Part shown: piece by piece, positions 51,036 through 61,020 of the stretch
Layout of the letters: each line of letters begins with the position of its first letter
How positions within the stretch are numbered: position 1 is the first letter of the stretch
NCBI GenBank assembly: GCA_963810935.1
Contig: CAWEPK010000009.1
Span: 1 to 64,000 of the forward strand
DNA: 64,000 nt
Origin: an uncultured delta proteobacterium
GTDB taxonomy: Bacteria > Desulfobacterota > Syntrophorhabdia > Syntrophorhabdales > WCHB1-27
Reading direction: 5' to 3'
The notes under the pieces: model-generated
Databases searched by the model: none
Told to the model about the DNA's origin: nothing
What the model saw: only the letters and a program-made list of their open reading frames with translations
Translations under genes and position numbers: made by a program

Positions 51036-51632
51036 ATGGAAGATGCTCCCCACCAGGACGACGCAGAGGTCGTCCGCCGAGTTATAGACGGCGATGTCAA
51101 TGCTTTTCGCTACCTGGTCGAGAGATACGAAAACGTCGTGGCCGGGGTCGTAAGAAAACACGTGCCTTACGACTACCTGGACGACACGGTGCAGGACGCC
51201 TTCTTCAGGGCTTACCGGTCGCTGCCCACTTTTAAGAACGGCAGCTTCCCGGTCTGGCTCTCCGTAATATCGGTACGGGCGTGCTACGACTTTTGGAGGG
51301 CACGGTACAAGTGCCCGGAGCTTCCCGTAAGCGCCTTTACCGAGCGGCATCAGGCATGGCTCGAGGAAGCGCTTTCGGATATGTCGAGCGAGTCATACCG
51401 CGAGAAAGGCCTCCAGAAAGAGGCCGGGGAGGTGCTCGATTACGCCCTCGGAAACCTCTCGCCCGGTGACAGGATGGCGCTCGAGCTTGTCTACCTGGAA
51501 GGCAGGTCGATCAAGGAGGCGGCGGCGCTCCTCGGCTGGTCTTCCACAAACGTGAAGGTGCGGCTCTTTCGCTCCCGGAGAAAGCTCCGGGAGCTGCTAA
51601 CCAAACAAAACGGAGAAAGGAGCGATCGATGA
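51036..51632 (+). CDS. ECF RNA polymerase sigma factor
   Basis: DTVQDAFFRAY, F..WL..I, region 4 SIKEAA.LLG.S..NVKVRL.R.R. Start 51036 preferred over 50994. Confidence 0.92.
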   Translation: MEDAPHQDDAEVVRRVIDGDVNAFRYLVERYENVVAGVVRKHVPYDYLDDTVQDAFFRAYRSLPTFKNGSFPVWLSVISVRACYDFWRARYKCPELPVSAFTERHQAWLEEALSDMSSESYREKGLQKEAGEVLDYALGNLSPGDRMALELVYLEGRSIKEAAALLGWSSTNVKVRLFRSRRKLRELLTKQNGERSDR

Positions 51633-51949
51633 ATATTTTCGATCCCGACCGGAACAAACTTGACGCTATACTCAAGCAGGCTTACCGCGCGAGGGACAAC
51701 GCGCGGACAAGCGCACGCCTGTGCGACAGGGTTATGATGCGCGTACGGCAGGCCGGCCCATCCGGGTCCGGGGAGCGAGACGCGGCCGGGCTTGAAGAGC
51801 TGGCTTGGCGGCTCGCCCCTGTTTCCTGCGTCCTTACGGTCGCGCTGATCTTCCTGTTGGTCACTTTCGGCTCGGTCTCCGCCGACCCTCTCCAGTCGTT
51901 CTTCAGCAGCACGGAAGAGGCAGCGATGACACAGGTATTAGGGGTATAG
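51629..51949 (+). CDS. Putative single-TM anti-sigma factor
   Basis: ATGA overlap with the sigma gene, one TM helix. Confidence 0.65.
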   Translation: MNIFDPDRNKLDAILKQAYRARDNARTSARLCDRVMMRVRQAGPSGSGERDAAGLEELAWRLAPVSCVLTVALIFLLVTFGSVSADPLQSFFSSTEEAAMTQVLGV

Positions 51950-51959
51950 GAGGGGCACT

Positions 51960-52337
51960 ATGACGAAGTGGAGATCCTTTGCCGGTGTAGCGCTCGTGCT
52001 CCTTTTGGGCATCGTTATCGGGTCGGTGGGCACCCATTTTTACATGCAGCACAGGTTTCACCACTTCCCCGACCACGAAGCAAGGACAGAGCGCCTCATG
52101 GAGAGGCTAACAAAAAAGCTGGCCCTTTCGGAGCAACAGGAGCAGGCAATAAGGCCGATAGTCAACCGCATGGCCGAAAGGCTACGTGCGCATTTTCTCG
52201 AGACAAGGCCGGAAGCGGAAAAAATCGTGGAGGAGAGTTTCGCCGATGTACGGAAGCTGCTCAACGAAGACCAGAACAAGAAACTCGACAAGCTCAGGGA
52301 AAACTTTCACAGGCGAAGACCGGGATGGAATAGATGA
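51960..52337 (+). CDS. Spy/CpxP-like periplasmic protein
   Basis: N-terminal TM, LALSEQQ and LNEDQ (LTxxQ-type) motifs. Confidence 0.75.
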   Translation: MTKWRSFAGVALVLLLGIVIGSVGTHFYMQHRFHHFPDHEARTERLMERLTKKLALSEQQEQAIRPIVNRMAERLRAHFLETRPEAEKIVEESFADVRKLLNEDQNKKLDKLRENFHRRRPGWNR

Positions 52338-52915
52338 GGCCGCATGCCGCACAAACGGTGCGGGCCGGAGGAGCGCTTCTCATTTTCTGCGTCCTCACGT
52401 TACCCTCTTTCGGGTTCAACGATGCCGATTTGGAGAAGGTCAGGCAGACGAACAGGTGCGGGGATTGCGACCTCGCCGGCGCGGATATGGCAGGCAGCGT
52501 CATGAACGACGTGCAGATGCCCAATGCCAGGATAGCAGGCGCCAAAATGGCGGGGGCTGACCTATCCAGCGGCAACCTCTCGGGTGCTGACCTGTCCGGC
52601 GCGGACCTCTCGCGCGCGGACCTCTCTTATACGAACCTGTGGCACGTCAATCTATCGAAGGCGAACCTTTCGGGCGGGCGGCTGGTCGGCGCAAGGCTAC
52701 AGGGCGCAAACCTTACCGGCGCCAATCTATCGGGCGCGGACCTGGCTGCCGTCGACCTTGCGGGGGCCGACTTGAGCGGCGCGACCTGGACGGACGGGAA
52801 GAAATGCCTTGAAGGCTCGAAAGGCGCCTGCAAGACGGGCGATCAGGAGTCCCAAAAAACATCGGCGAAACAGAAGAGCCGCAGCAGGCTTCCGCTTCTC
52901 CCCCTCCCCCAATAA
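52334..52915 (+). CDS. Exported pentapeptide-repeat protein
   Basis: Signal peptide, CxxC, ADLSG repeats, WTDG..C tail. Confidence 0.88.
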   Translation: MRPHAAQTVRAGGALLIFCVLTLPSFGFNDADLEKVRQTNRCGDCDLAGADMAGSVMNDVQMPNARIAGAKMAGADLSSGNLSGADLSGADLSRADLSYTNLWHVNLSKANLSGGRLVGARLQGANLTGANLSGADLAAVDLAGADLSGATWTDGKKCLEGSKGACKTGDQESQKTSAKQKSRSRLPLLPLPQ

Positions 52916-53035
52916 GGACTGCCGGTCCTTCCGGCGACGGTCAGCCCGACAACCGGGCGGCTTTTTTTATTGACTTTGTCAGCCGGCGATACCATCATGT
53001 TTTCGTTGCAAAATCTTTAGCGGGAGGCTCGACCG

Positions 53036-53434
53036 ATGTTGACAAGACGGGGCTGCATTATGCACCTTCACCTCTGGCTTGAGACGGAGGAAGGGGTGTT
53101 TTTCGGGCCGGGCCGCGCCGAGCTGCTTGAGCGCATCGAACACCACGGCTCTCTGCTCAAGGCCGCGGACGAGCTCGGCATGTCGTATCGGGCCGCATGG
53201 GGTAAGATCAAAAAAACGGAAGCCGTGCTGGGCAGCAAGCTGATAGAGAGGACGGGCAGTTACAGGAAAGGCTACCGTCTGACCGATTACGGCAGGTCGC
53301 TGACCGAGAAATTCAGGCTCTGGTACGACGAGGTCGAGGAAGACGCGCTGCAGAAGGCGCGGCGCCTCTTCGGGACACCGGTCGAAAAGCAAAAAGAGAA
53401 GGGCCTGAGGCTGGACAACGACCCGCGCCCCTGA
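53036..53434 (+). CDS. ModE N-terminal-like winged-helix regulator
   Basis: FGPGRAELLERIE..GSL.KAA.ELGMSYRAAW. Confidence 0.88.
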   Translation: MLTRRGCIMHLHLWLETEEGVFFGPGRAELLERIEHHGSLLKAADELGMSYRAAWGKIKKTEAVLGSKLIERTGSYRKGYRLTDYGRSLTEKFRLWYDEVEEDALQKARRLFGTPVEKQKEKGLRLDNDPRP

Positions 53435-53440
53435 AAACAA

Positions 53441-53744
53441 ATGACCCGGCAATAGGGTCATAAAGCAAGCGCATGCGAAGCCTGAGCCCCAATAACAAAT
53501 CTGGACCCGGGTATTGAATACCTGCTGCTTGCAGCAGGTATAAAGCGAGCGAAGCGAAGCGCCGAGCGGGGAGGCCGGGGCACCCGCCCGACGTAAGGAG
53601 GGAAGGGTCGCAGCTTTGCCCGGCGAGGGGGCGCTGAGCCCCAATAATTGCCGCTGCCCCCAGCGGCAATAAAGCGAGCGAAGCGAAGCGCCGAGCGGGG
53701 AGGCTCCATGAGCTTTGCTCATGGAGGGGGCGCTGAGCCCCAAT
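53441..53744. repeat. Modular hairpin repeat cluster, copy 2
   Basis: Three units, each a different perfect hairpin plus an AAAGCRAGCG..GCGAAGC core plus a CTGAGCCCCAAT end. Confidence 0.85.
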
Positions 53745-55252
53745 CATGATTCGTCCTCCAAAGCAATCTCCGGAGCGCGCGTCTTTATCTGCACCCACAG
53801 TCCCCTCGCAATCGAAAGGAAGGCAAGGATCATGAAAACGAGGGCGATGGGACGGGTGAAGAAGATCAGCGGGGAGCCCTGGGAGATGAGCAGGGACTGC
53901 TGTAGGGACGTCTCCAGCATCTGAGCGAGGACGGTGGCCAGCACCATCGGCGCGATAGGGAAGCCCAATTTACGCATCGCGTATCCAACCACGCCGAATA
54001 TGAGCGCCACCCAGACGTCGAAGAGCATGAACCTGATGCTGTAGGCTCCGATCACCGAGAAGAGGATAATCAGAGGACCGAGCACCGGAAACGGGATAAG
54101 GGCTATGCGCGCCCACATGCCGACAAGGGGCAGGTTCAGCACGAGGAGTATCACGTTGCCTATGTACATGCTGGCGATGACAGCCCATACGAACTGCGGG
54201 TTTTGCTTGAAAAGCATCGGCCCCGGCTGAAGGCCGTACATCATGAGGCCGCCCAGCAGCACCGCCAGCGCCGGCCCTGTAGGAAGCCCGAAGGCAAACA
54301 GCGGCACGAACCCCCCGCTCGTCGTCGCGTTGTTGGCCCCCTCGGGCGCTGCAACGCCTTCGATTGCGCCCTTTCCAAACTGCTCCGGGTGCTTCGAGAG
54401 GCGCTTTTCGACGTCATAGGCCACGAAGGTCGTCACCGCCGGGGCGCATCCCGGCAGAAGGCCCAGGAAGAAACCGATGCCCGTCGACCGGAGCATCGCG
54501 CCGAAGCACTGCTTGATGTCCCGCCATTTGGGCATCCAGTCGAGCGTTTTCGTATCGTACATCAGGTTTACCGAATGCTCCACGTTGACCATGATCTCGC
54601 TGATGGCGAAAAGCCCTATTATGACGCTGATGAAATTGATCCCCGCCATCATGTCGACTGAACCGAAGGTGAGGCGCGCCGCTCCCGTAAGCGGGTTCTG
54701 CCCGATGAGGGAGGCGGTGAGTCCCAGGGACATCGAGATGATTCCCTTGAGCAGGGCGCGCCCGGAAAGGCTTATGATGAGGCTCAGGCCCATGAACATT
54801 AGGGCGAAATATTCTGCCGGGCCAAAGGCGAGGGCGAAGTTTGCCAGTACCGGCGCAAAAAAGGTGAGCCCAACGAGGCTAAGCGTGCCCGCGAAGAAAG
54901 ACGATATCGCGGAGATGGCCAGCGCCGGGCCGGCCCGTCCCTGTTTGGCCATTGCGTATCCGTCGAGAGCGGTCGGCACGGAAGACGCCTCGCCGGGTAT
55001 GTTGACGACGATGGCGGTCGTTGAGCCTCCGTACATAGCTCCGTAGTAGATAGCGGCCATCATGATAATGGCCGACGTGGGCGGGAGGATCGTCGTCAGG
55101 GGCAGCAGGATGGCTATACCGGAGGAGGGGCCGATCCCCGGCAAAACACCGATGAGCGTGCCTACCAGGCAGCCGATGGTCGCCCACATCAGGTTCTGCC
55201 ACGTCAACGCCGTCATGAATCCTTGCAGCAAATAATCCCAGGAAAAAAGCAA
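53744..55252 (-). CDS. tctA: Tripartite tricarboxylate transporter permease TctA
   Basis: GVLPGIG, YYGAMYGGS, NIPGE, APEGANNA. Confidence 0.93.
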   Translation of the reverse strand: MLFSWDYLLQGFMTALTWQNLMWATIGCLVGTLIGVLPGIGPSSGIAILLPLTTILPPTSAIIMMAAIYYGAMYGGSTTAIVVNIPGEASSVPTALDGYAMAKQGRAGPALAISAISSFFAGTLSLVGLTFFAPVLANFALAFGPAEYFALMFMGLSLIISLSGRALLKGIISMSLGLTASLIGQNPLTGAARLTFGSVDMMAGINFISVIIGLFAISEIMVNVEHSVNLMYDTKTLDWMPKWRDIKQCFGAMLRSTGIGFFLGLLPGCAPAVTTFVAYDVEKRLSKHPEQFGKGAIEGVAAPEGANNATTSGGFVPLFAFGLPTGPALAVLLGGLMMYGLQPGPMLFKQNPQFVWAVIASMYIGNVILLVLNLPLVGMWARIALIPFPVLGPLIILFSVIGAYSIRFMLFDVWVALIFGVVGYAMRKLGFPIAPMVLATVLAQMLETSLQQSLLISQGSPLIFFTRPIALVFMILAFLSIARGLWVQIKTRAPEIALEDES

Positions 55253-55260
55253 AACGCCTC

Positions 55261-55731
55261 CTATGGTTGCAAGATACCGGCGGGGAACGAAAGCTCCAGG
55301 AATTGCATGAACAGGAAAAAGACGACGGCCCCGGATATAAGGCCAGTCGCGGCAGCCCAAAAGACCCTTCGACGACCTTTGCGCAGGTACCAGACCGAAA
55401 ACGCAATGTAGATCGTAGTCGCTATAGGCATGCCGATGGGCTCGATCAGGGCCAGATAGACGGCGAGGCTGACGAGTGTCACGAGGACGTGCCTGGTCCC
55501 CGTCTTATCCGGCCAGGAGATCGGCGGGTCCTCGCCTTTAAAACGCCAGGATTTGACAGCCAGGAGAAGCCCCCCGAAGAAGACGAACAAGCCCATCGTA
55601 TAAGGGAGCGTCCTTGGCGGCAGCCTCTCCTCCAGGCCGCCCGTGATCTGCGTGGCTGCGCCCAGTATGACGAGTCCCAACACCGCCAGGAATATGCCGC
55701 TTTGGATATCCGCCGTGCGCTGAGTCTTCAT
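55261..55731 (-). CDS. tctB: Tripartite tricarboxylate transporter TctB
   Basis: Four TM helices, PRTLP, F..FL..FP.G, position between tctC and tctA. Confidence 0.85.
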   Translation of the reverse strand: MKTQRTADIQSGIFLAVLGLVILGAATQITGGLEERLPPRTLPYTMGLFVFFGGLLLAVKSWRFKGEDPPISWPDKTGTRHVLVTLVSLAVYLALIEPIGMPIATTIYIAFSVWYLRKGRRRVFWAAATGLISGAVVFFLFMQFLELSFPAGILQP

Positions 55732-55742
55732 AAGTTATAACG

Positions 55743-56705
55743 TTACTTCTTCAGCCCTGCTACGAGCTCCTTGTAGACCTGCGTCATTCTAGAGATATAT
55801 GCCTTGCTTTCATCGTGGCCCATTGAGATGGGGATAAACCCGTCCGCTTTCATCTGCGACTGTATCTCCGGAAGCTTCGATGCTTCGAGGTAGCCGGCCT
55901 CCAGTTTCTTTATGATGTATTCGGGCGTTTTCGGCGGGCAGGCAACGCCCCGGTCTACCACTTCGATGAAATCGTATTTCAGCTCCTTGAAAGTGGGCAC
56001 GTCCGGGAACCCGCTGAACCGCTTATCCGTAGCAAAAGCGAAGACGCGCACCTTGTCCTTGTAGCGCGTAAGGTCGTCGGAAGTGCCGAAGATGGAGTCG
56101 ATATGGCCCCCGAGAAAGGCGGTCATCTGGGGCGCGGTGCCGGTAAACGGCACGTAAGTCACTTTCGTACCGGTCATCTTCTCGAAGCGAAGGGCCGCCA
56201 TGTGGTAGCCGGAGAATGTGCCGGAGCCGCCTACCGTCATCTTTCCGGGGCTTTTCTTCGCCTGGTCGATGAACTCCTGAAGCGTCTTTATATTGCTCGT
56301 CTTCAGTACCGCCAGGGCCAGAGGGGTCCTCTGGAAAAGGACCACAGGGACGATCTGCTCCGTCTTGTAGCCCACCTCCTGCTGCATTGGCTGGAGGATA
56401 ATGTGCGGCACGTTGAACCCGGCCACGCCGTAGCCGTCAGGCTTCATCCTGGCCAGCTCTTTCCAGCCGAGCGCGCCTCCGCCGCCCACCTTGTAGTCGA
56501 TTATCACCTTCTGCTTGAAGATCCTGCTCAAATGGGGCTGCTGCATCCGCGCCACCCTGTCCGACTGTCCTCCCGGATCGAAACAGATAGTGTAGTTGAT
56601 CTGCCTCGTAGGGAAAGGCTTCTCCTGCTGGGCACAGCAGATGCTGCAAAAAACCCCGGCAACCAGGAGGATGGCTATTCCGGCCGACAGCGCCGTTTTT
56701 TTCAT
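55743..56705 (-). CDS. tctC: Tripartite tricarboxylate transporter substrate-binding protein TctC
   Basis: FP...I, PGGQSD, GGGG..G, PDGY, VPF.G...LGGHID. Confidence 0.9.
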   Translation of the reverse strand: MKKTALSAGIAILLVAGVFCSICCAQQEKPFPTRQINYTICFDPGGQSDRVARMQQPHLSRIFKQKVIIDYKVGGGGALGWKELARMKPDGYGVAGFNVPHIILQPMQQEVGYKTEQIVPVVLFQRTPLALAVLKTSNIKTLQEFIDQAKKSPGKMTVGGSGTFSGYHMAALRFEKMTGTKVTYVPFTGTAPQMTAFLGGHIDSIFGTSDDLTRYKDKVRVFAFATDKRFSGFPDVPTFKELKYDFIEVVDRGVACPPKTPEYIIKKLEAGYLEASKLPEIQSQMKADGFIPISMGHDESKAYISRMTQVYKELVAGLKK

Positions 56706-56911
56706 GCTCCACCCCGTTTTGATGGTTAATTGGGACTTTGGCCCCTTCGTTTTTACAATACATTTAATATTGGGAAAACGTCAACAGTTTTGATGCGGTG
56801 CCGGAAGCCGGGGAATTAACCGATTCTTCGCCTTTTCATTGCGGTTTTTTAACTTTGAGCCGGTATGTTATAATGACAGTCCGGAAGTTTCCGGCTGAAA
56901 GGGAGATGTTC

Positions 56912-57394
56912 ATGGACACAATCAAAACGATAGCGCTCGTCGCGCACGACAACCGCAAAAAAGACCTGATCGAATGGTTCGAATACAATTACAAATCGCT
57001 GGTGAGGCACAAGCTCGTCTGCACGGGGGCGACCGGGAAGCTGGTCGAGGATGTCATCCGCGAGAAGCTGGAAAAAGAGCAGTTCGATTATCACCTCGAT
57101 CTGCTGAAATCGGGGCCTCTCGGCGGCGACCAGCAACTGGGCGCCATGATCGTCGAAGGCAGGATAGACGCCGTCATATTCCTCTGGGACCCGATGCAGC
57201 CCCACCCGCACGACGTAGACGTAAAGGCCCTCCTGCGGATTGCCGTCCTCTACAATGTCCCGATAGGCTGCAACAGGGCGACCGCCGATTTCATCATGTC
57301 CTCCCCGCTGCTGAACGAAACGTACAAGCCCCAGCCCCCCGACTTAGGCGGTGGGGCCGTAGAGCCGCAGGCGCCCGCGAAAGTCCAAGGTTGA
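56912..57394 (+). CDS. mgsA: Methylglyoxal synthase
   Basis: IALVAHD..K, SGPLGGDQQ, DPM.PHPHDVDVKALLR. Confidence 0.96.
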   Translation: MDTIKTIALVAHDNRKKDLIEWFEYNYKSLVRHKLVCTGATGKLVEDVIREKLEKEQFDYHLDLLKSGPLGGDQQLGAMIVEGRIDAVIFLWDPMQPHPHDVDVKALLRIAVLYNVPIGCNRATADFIMSSPLLNETYKPQPPDLGGGAVEPQAPAKVQG

Positions 57395-57558
57395 AACGCG
57401 CCCGTGCGGTATGTGCTAAAGCCTATACAATAGTGCTTTACTATCGAATACATACGTGCTATATTCGGACAGCATGGTTGCGGAAAGCGCACCCATCCAG
57501 CCAGGACCTTGCAAGGATCGGAACGGTATCATCAGCCCCAAAATAAGAGGGTGCAGCC

Positions 57559-57990
57559 GTGAGTCCGGAAAAGGGTCTCCACATACTCCTGGTCGATGAT
57601 GAAGAGGCTGTCCTTTCGGTAACCGCGTCTTGCCTGGAGCAACGCGGCTTTGTCGTCACGTCCAAATCCGACGGGCTCTCCGCGCTTAAAACCTTTACCG
57701 AAAACCCGGACGGGTTCGATGTTTGCGTCCTCGACGAGGTAATGCCCGGCCTCTCCGGCTGCGAGCTTGCGGCCATGTTAAGGCGCCTGCGCCCCGATCT
57801 CCCCGTGCTCTTATATCCCGGTTATATAGACGCTGCGACAACCCGCAGGATGCGCGCCGACAAGATACGCGTCTTTTTCAAGCCCCTGAGCGGCCAGGAG
57901 CTGGAGTTGGCAATAAGGAAGACCGTCAAGCGCCCCCGCAAAAGTCGGGATCCTGAAAAGGGAGCCCGAAGGTCACCTCCACTCGGTTGA
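57559..57990 (+). CDS. Single-domain response regulator (REC)
   Basis: LLVDDE, DEVMP, KP. Confidence 0.85.
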   Translation: MSPEKGLHILLVDDEEAVLSVTASCLEQRGFVVTSKSDGLSALKTFTENPDGFDVCVLDEVMPGLSGCELAAMLRRLRPDLPVLLYPGYIDAATTRRMRADKIRVFFKPLSGQELELAIRKTVKRPRKSRDPEKGARRSPPLG

Positions 57991-58345
57991 ATTAATTGCC
58001 TTCCGGGCCCATATTAAGAAAGGATGGCCTGAAAGAAACTACTTTCCGAAGCTGATGGGCAGTATCTCCGCCATTTTCCGAAAAACTGCGGGATAGAACC
58101 GAACGCATCGGCTTTGGGGAAAGCGGTCCTTCCGGGGCCGGCTGACGTTATATTGATTGAAACCGGGCATGCATTTGGTTTAAAATAGTGTGTGCGCCCG
58201 GTACTACTGCCACGGGCCCGGTTAAGGGTATGAGGTTTGAAATCTAGGGGTAGGATCGCGGCGCTTTTCGCCAACTGTCTCCCATCAAGCATTTACGGGG
58301 ACGGGCGCTGAAGCCTATCGCTTTTTCGAAAATTACGTCGAAGAA

Positions 58346-59239
58346 ATGGAGGTATTCAGATTGCTCGTGCTGGGTATCTACAGGGAAGAAGTCTTCTCTC
58401 CCGGAAGGGTTGAAGACGACAGGCAAATCATGGATGCGGCGCTCCTCGAGCTGCGCGGGTTGGGCTGCAACACCCGTGCGGTCAGCTTAGACGAGATAGA
58501 TGCGTCCATGCCCGCGGCCGGCTGCGTGCTGACGATGGCCCAGTCGCGCCGGGCCCTTTCGCTCCTTGAGGCATTGAGCGCAGGCGGCGCCCGTGTGATC
58601 AACTCGCCTTCCGCGATATACGCATGCAGGCGGATTCATCTCGTACGGGCGCTTGAGACGGCGGGCCTTCCGCTGCCCTCCGGCGAGATCATCTCCCTTG
58701 ATGACGGCTATGCAAATAAAGAGGTGCCGCCCCCTTCTTTTCGCCATTACTGGCTAAAGCGGGGCGATGTCCACAGGATAAGCCCCGGCGACGTCGTAAA
58801 GGTGACTTCCGGACCCGAATTTACGGCAGCCATCGGCTACTTCAGGAGCCACCAGATATCGAAGGTCGTCATCCAGGACCACCTGGAGGGAGAGGTCATC
58901 AAGTTCTACGGCATACGCAACGGCTACTTCGCGGGGTTCGGCACCTCCGGAAACGGGGATGGGGCCGACCGGCTGGCCGACCTGCGTTCTATCGCAAGGC
59001 GGGCGGCGGAGGCTATAGGGCTTGAGATATACGGCGGCGACGCGGTAATCACCCCCGACGGCCGCACCTTCCTGATCGACCTTAACGCCTGGCCCAGCTT
59101 TTCCCGCTGCCGCACTGAGGCATCCCGGAGCATCGCATCGTACGCTGCAGAGGTTATAGCAGGGGCGGTCCCGGCCGCAAATCGCACAAAAGCACCCGGC
59201 GAGCGCCTCTCGGCGACAACACACCGCGTAACGCATTAA
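58346..59239 (+). CDS. ATP-grasp fold protein
   Basis: VINS, WLKRGD, IQDHLEG..IKFY, GLEIYGGD, IDLNAWPSF. Confidence 0.8.
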   Translation: MEVFRLLVLGIYREEVFSPGRVEDDRQIMDAALLELRGLGCNTRAVSLDEIDASMPAAGCVLTMAQSRRALSLLEALSAGGARVINSPSAIYACRRIHLVRALETAGLPLPSGEIISLDDGYANKEVPPPSFRHYWLKRGDVHRISPGDVVKVTSGPEFTAAIGYFRSHQISKVVIQDHLEGEVIKFYGIRNGYFAGFGTSGNGDGADRLADLRSIARRAAEAIGLEIYGGDAVITPDGRTFLIDLNAWPSFSRCRTEASRSIASYAAEVIAGAVPAANRTKAPGERLSATTHRVTH

Positions 59240-59259
59240 GACCCAAGGAGAATTTGCCC

Positions 59260-60114
59260 CTACCTCGAGGCGCTCGCAAGCTCGCCCGTCCTGGTCGCGC
59301 GCCATTGCTTCGTGCTGCCGTCTTTGCTTGCCGTCCCCTCCATGCTGCTGCCGTCTACCCTGGCCGCATATTGCGTTTCGCCCGCCGTGAACGTTAGCCG
59401 GTCGCCGCGCAGGGTGGCCTTCGAGATGCGCACCTGCCCTGAAGCCGAGCGGAGGACCCCCGACACCGCCTGATAGTCCTGGCCGAGCATCAACTCGCCC
59501 TCCGGGAGCTTCCAGGCGCCTTCCACGCGGGCAGGGACCACCCACAGGTAGGCCGTGCAGTAAAGCGGGCAGTCGTCGTCTGCGTCCGCATACGCGTCCG
59601 GCCTCCAGTCCCCCATGTCGAAGCTGTTCGTGACGATGCGGGTACCGGGCCTGAGCGAAAGGATGATCGGCCGGAGCCGCATGTTGATGTCGGGCAACAG
59701 GAACATTGTGATTACCGTTGCCCGCGATAAATCGACATTAAACAGGTCCGCCTGTACGAATTTGGCCCTGTCGGCCACACCCTCCCGCGAGGCGTTCCGC
59801 TGCGCCAGAGACACCAGCTCCGGGTTATACTCGACACCGAGGGCATTCGCCCCGCGCTTGGCCGCCGCAATGACCGTCCTGCCGTCGCCCGATCCGAGGT
59901 CTATCAGGTAGTCCCGGCTGGTGACGCCTGCCAGGTCGAGCATTTTCCCAACAACGGCCTGCTCGGTTGGCAGCCATATCACGTCCTTGCCCGCCTGTCC
60001 GGGTCTCGGCTTATACCCGGACTCGTCCGGCTGCGCGCTTCCGGCCAAAAAGAGAACCATTGCGAGAACGCAAAAAGCGGATACCGCGCGACGAAGAAGC
60101 GATGATGGTGTCAT
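59260..60114 (-). CDS. Class I SAM-dependent methyltransferase with signal peptide
   Basis: DLGSGDGR, GVE, ADLF, PGTRIV. Confidence 0.88.
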   Translation of the reverse strand: MTPSSLLRRAVSAFCVLAMVLFLAGSAQPDESGYKPRPGQAGKDVIWLPTEQAVVGKMLDLAGVTSRDYLIDLGSGDGRTVIAAAKRGANALGVEYNPELVSLAQRNASREGVADRAKFVQADLFNVDLSRATVITMFLLPDINMRLRPIILSLRPGTRIVTNSFDMGDWRPDAYADADDDCPLYCTAYLWVVPARVEGAWKLPEGELMLGQDYQAVSGVLRSASGQVRISKATLRGDRLTFTAGETQYAARVDGSSMEGTASKDGSTKQWRATRTGELASASR

Positions 60115-60152
60115 GTTGTCTCCTCCTGCTTCTGTGCTGCAAAACCGCTGGA

Positions 60153-60860
60153 TCATGTCGTATCGATGGGTGTTACCTTGGGGGTCATGAGGCTGACGAG
60201 AAGGACGGAGAGGATGCCTGTTAGAAATATGCCGTCGAATGTGCCGGCACCGCCGATCGACGCCACCGGGGCCTCCAGTCCCCGGACTTTCCCGAGGTTC
60301 AGCAGGTCCGCGCCGATGAGGGTGCCGAGGCTCCCGGAGATATAGGCCAGAGGAGGCGCGTAACGCCTCGAAAATAAAAGGGCGACCATTGTCGAGATGA
60401 TCGGCGGGACAAAAACAGGCTCGGCTATGCCGACGCCTTTAACCGGGTACGCCAATGCATGGACAACGAACACCACTATGCCTATGGCCAGAAGGCCGCG
60501 CAGATAGAGCCGGTTCTTACGCATGAGATAGAGGGAAAGCAAAGTCGGGATGACGGCGCCCCCCACGTTGATCGCCACCACCGTGCCCTGCCAGCCGCTC
60601 ACTTCCGGAACAACGTAAGTCATGCCCCCGAACGAGACCGCCGCGTCGGACTGAGTGGCGGGGGGGGCCAGCTCGTATATAGGGATGTTCACGTAGCTGC
60701 CGAGGAACGAGAGGACCAGCAGTGCGAACATGTGACGCCGCCCGATGCCGATCCGCTGATAGGCATACCTGAGGATGCCGACCTCGATCAGAACAACGAG
60801 AAAAACGAGAAAGAGGGCGAACAGGAGCAGAAACGGCAGCGCTATCGGGAAGTAATGCAC
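60153..60860 (-). CDS. DUF1614-family membrane protein
   Basis: GSYVNIP, AINVGGAVIP, GTLIGADLLNL, SIGGAGTFDGIFLTG. Confidence 0.9.
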   Translation of the reverse strand: MHYFPIALPFLLLFALFLVFLVVLIEVGILRYAYQRIGIGRRHMFALLVLSFLGSYVNIPIYELAPPATQSDAAVSFGGMTYVVPEVSGWQGTVVAINVGGAVIPTLLSLYLMRKNRLYLRGLLAIGIVVFVVHALAYPVKGVGIAEPVFVPPIISTMVALLFSRRYAPPLAYISGSLGTLIGADLLNLGKVRGLEAPVASIGGAGTFDGIFLTGILSVLLVSLMTPKVTPIDTT

Positions 60861-60961
60861 GGGCGATTCCTTGACGAGCCTTAATATGTACTCATTCTAT
60901 ATTTTGGTCGGTGCAAGGCCGCAGGGCAAGCCATTTTTTCTCCGGCGTGGCGGCGAGGAAT

Positions 60962-61020
60962 AAAAAAGGGAGATGGCCACCCGGGGCATAGGGGTTTAAG
61001 GGGTGTAGGTGGCCATCTCT
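60962..61020 (-). terminator. Intrinsic terminator with large C-rich loop
   Basis: 12-bp stem (60970-60981 / 61008-61019), 26-nt loop, followed by a U-tract on the minus strand. Confidence 0.7.

Noticed and set aside
53441..53744. CRISPR array
   Set aside because: Units are of unequal length, intervening sequences are self-complementary and reused at another locus, and there are no cas genes
52979..53798. ORFs 52979-53743, 53313-53798 and 37614-37922 sharing peptide segments
   Set aside because: They are translations of the non-coding repeat, not paralogous genes
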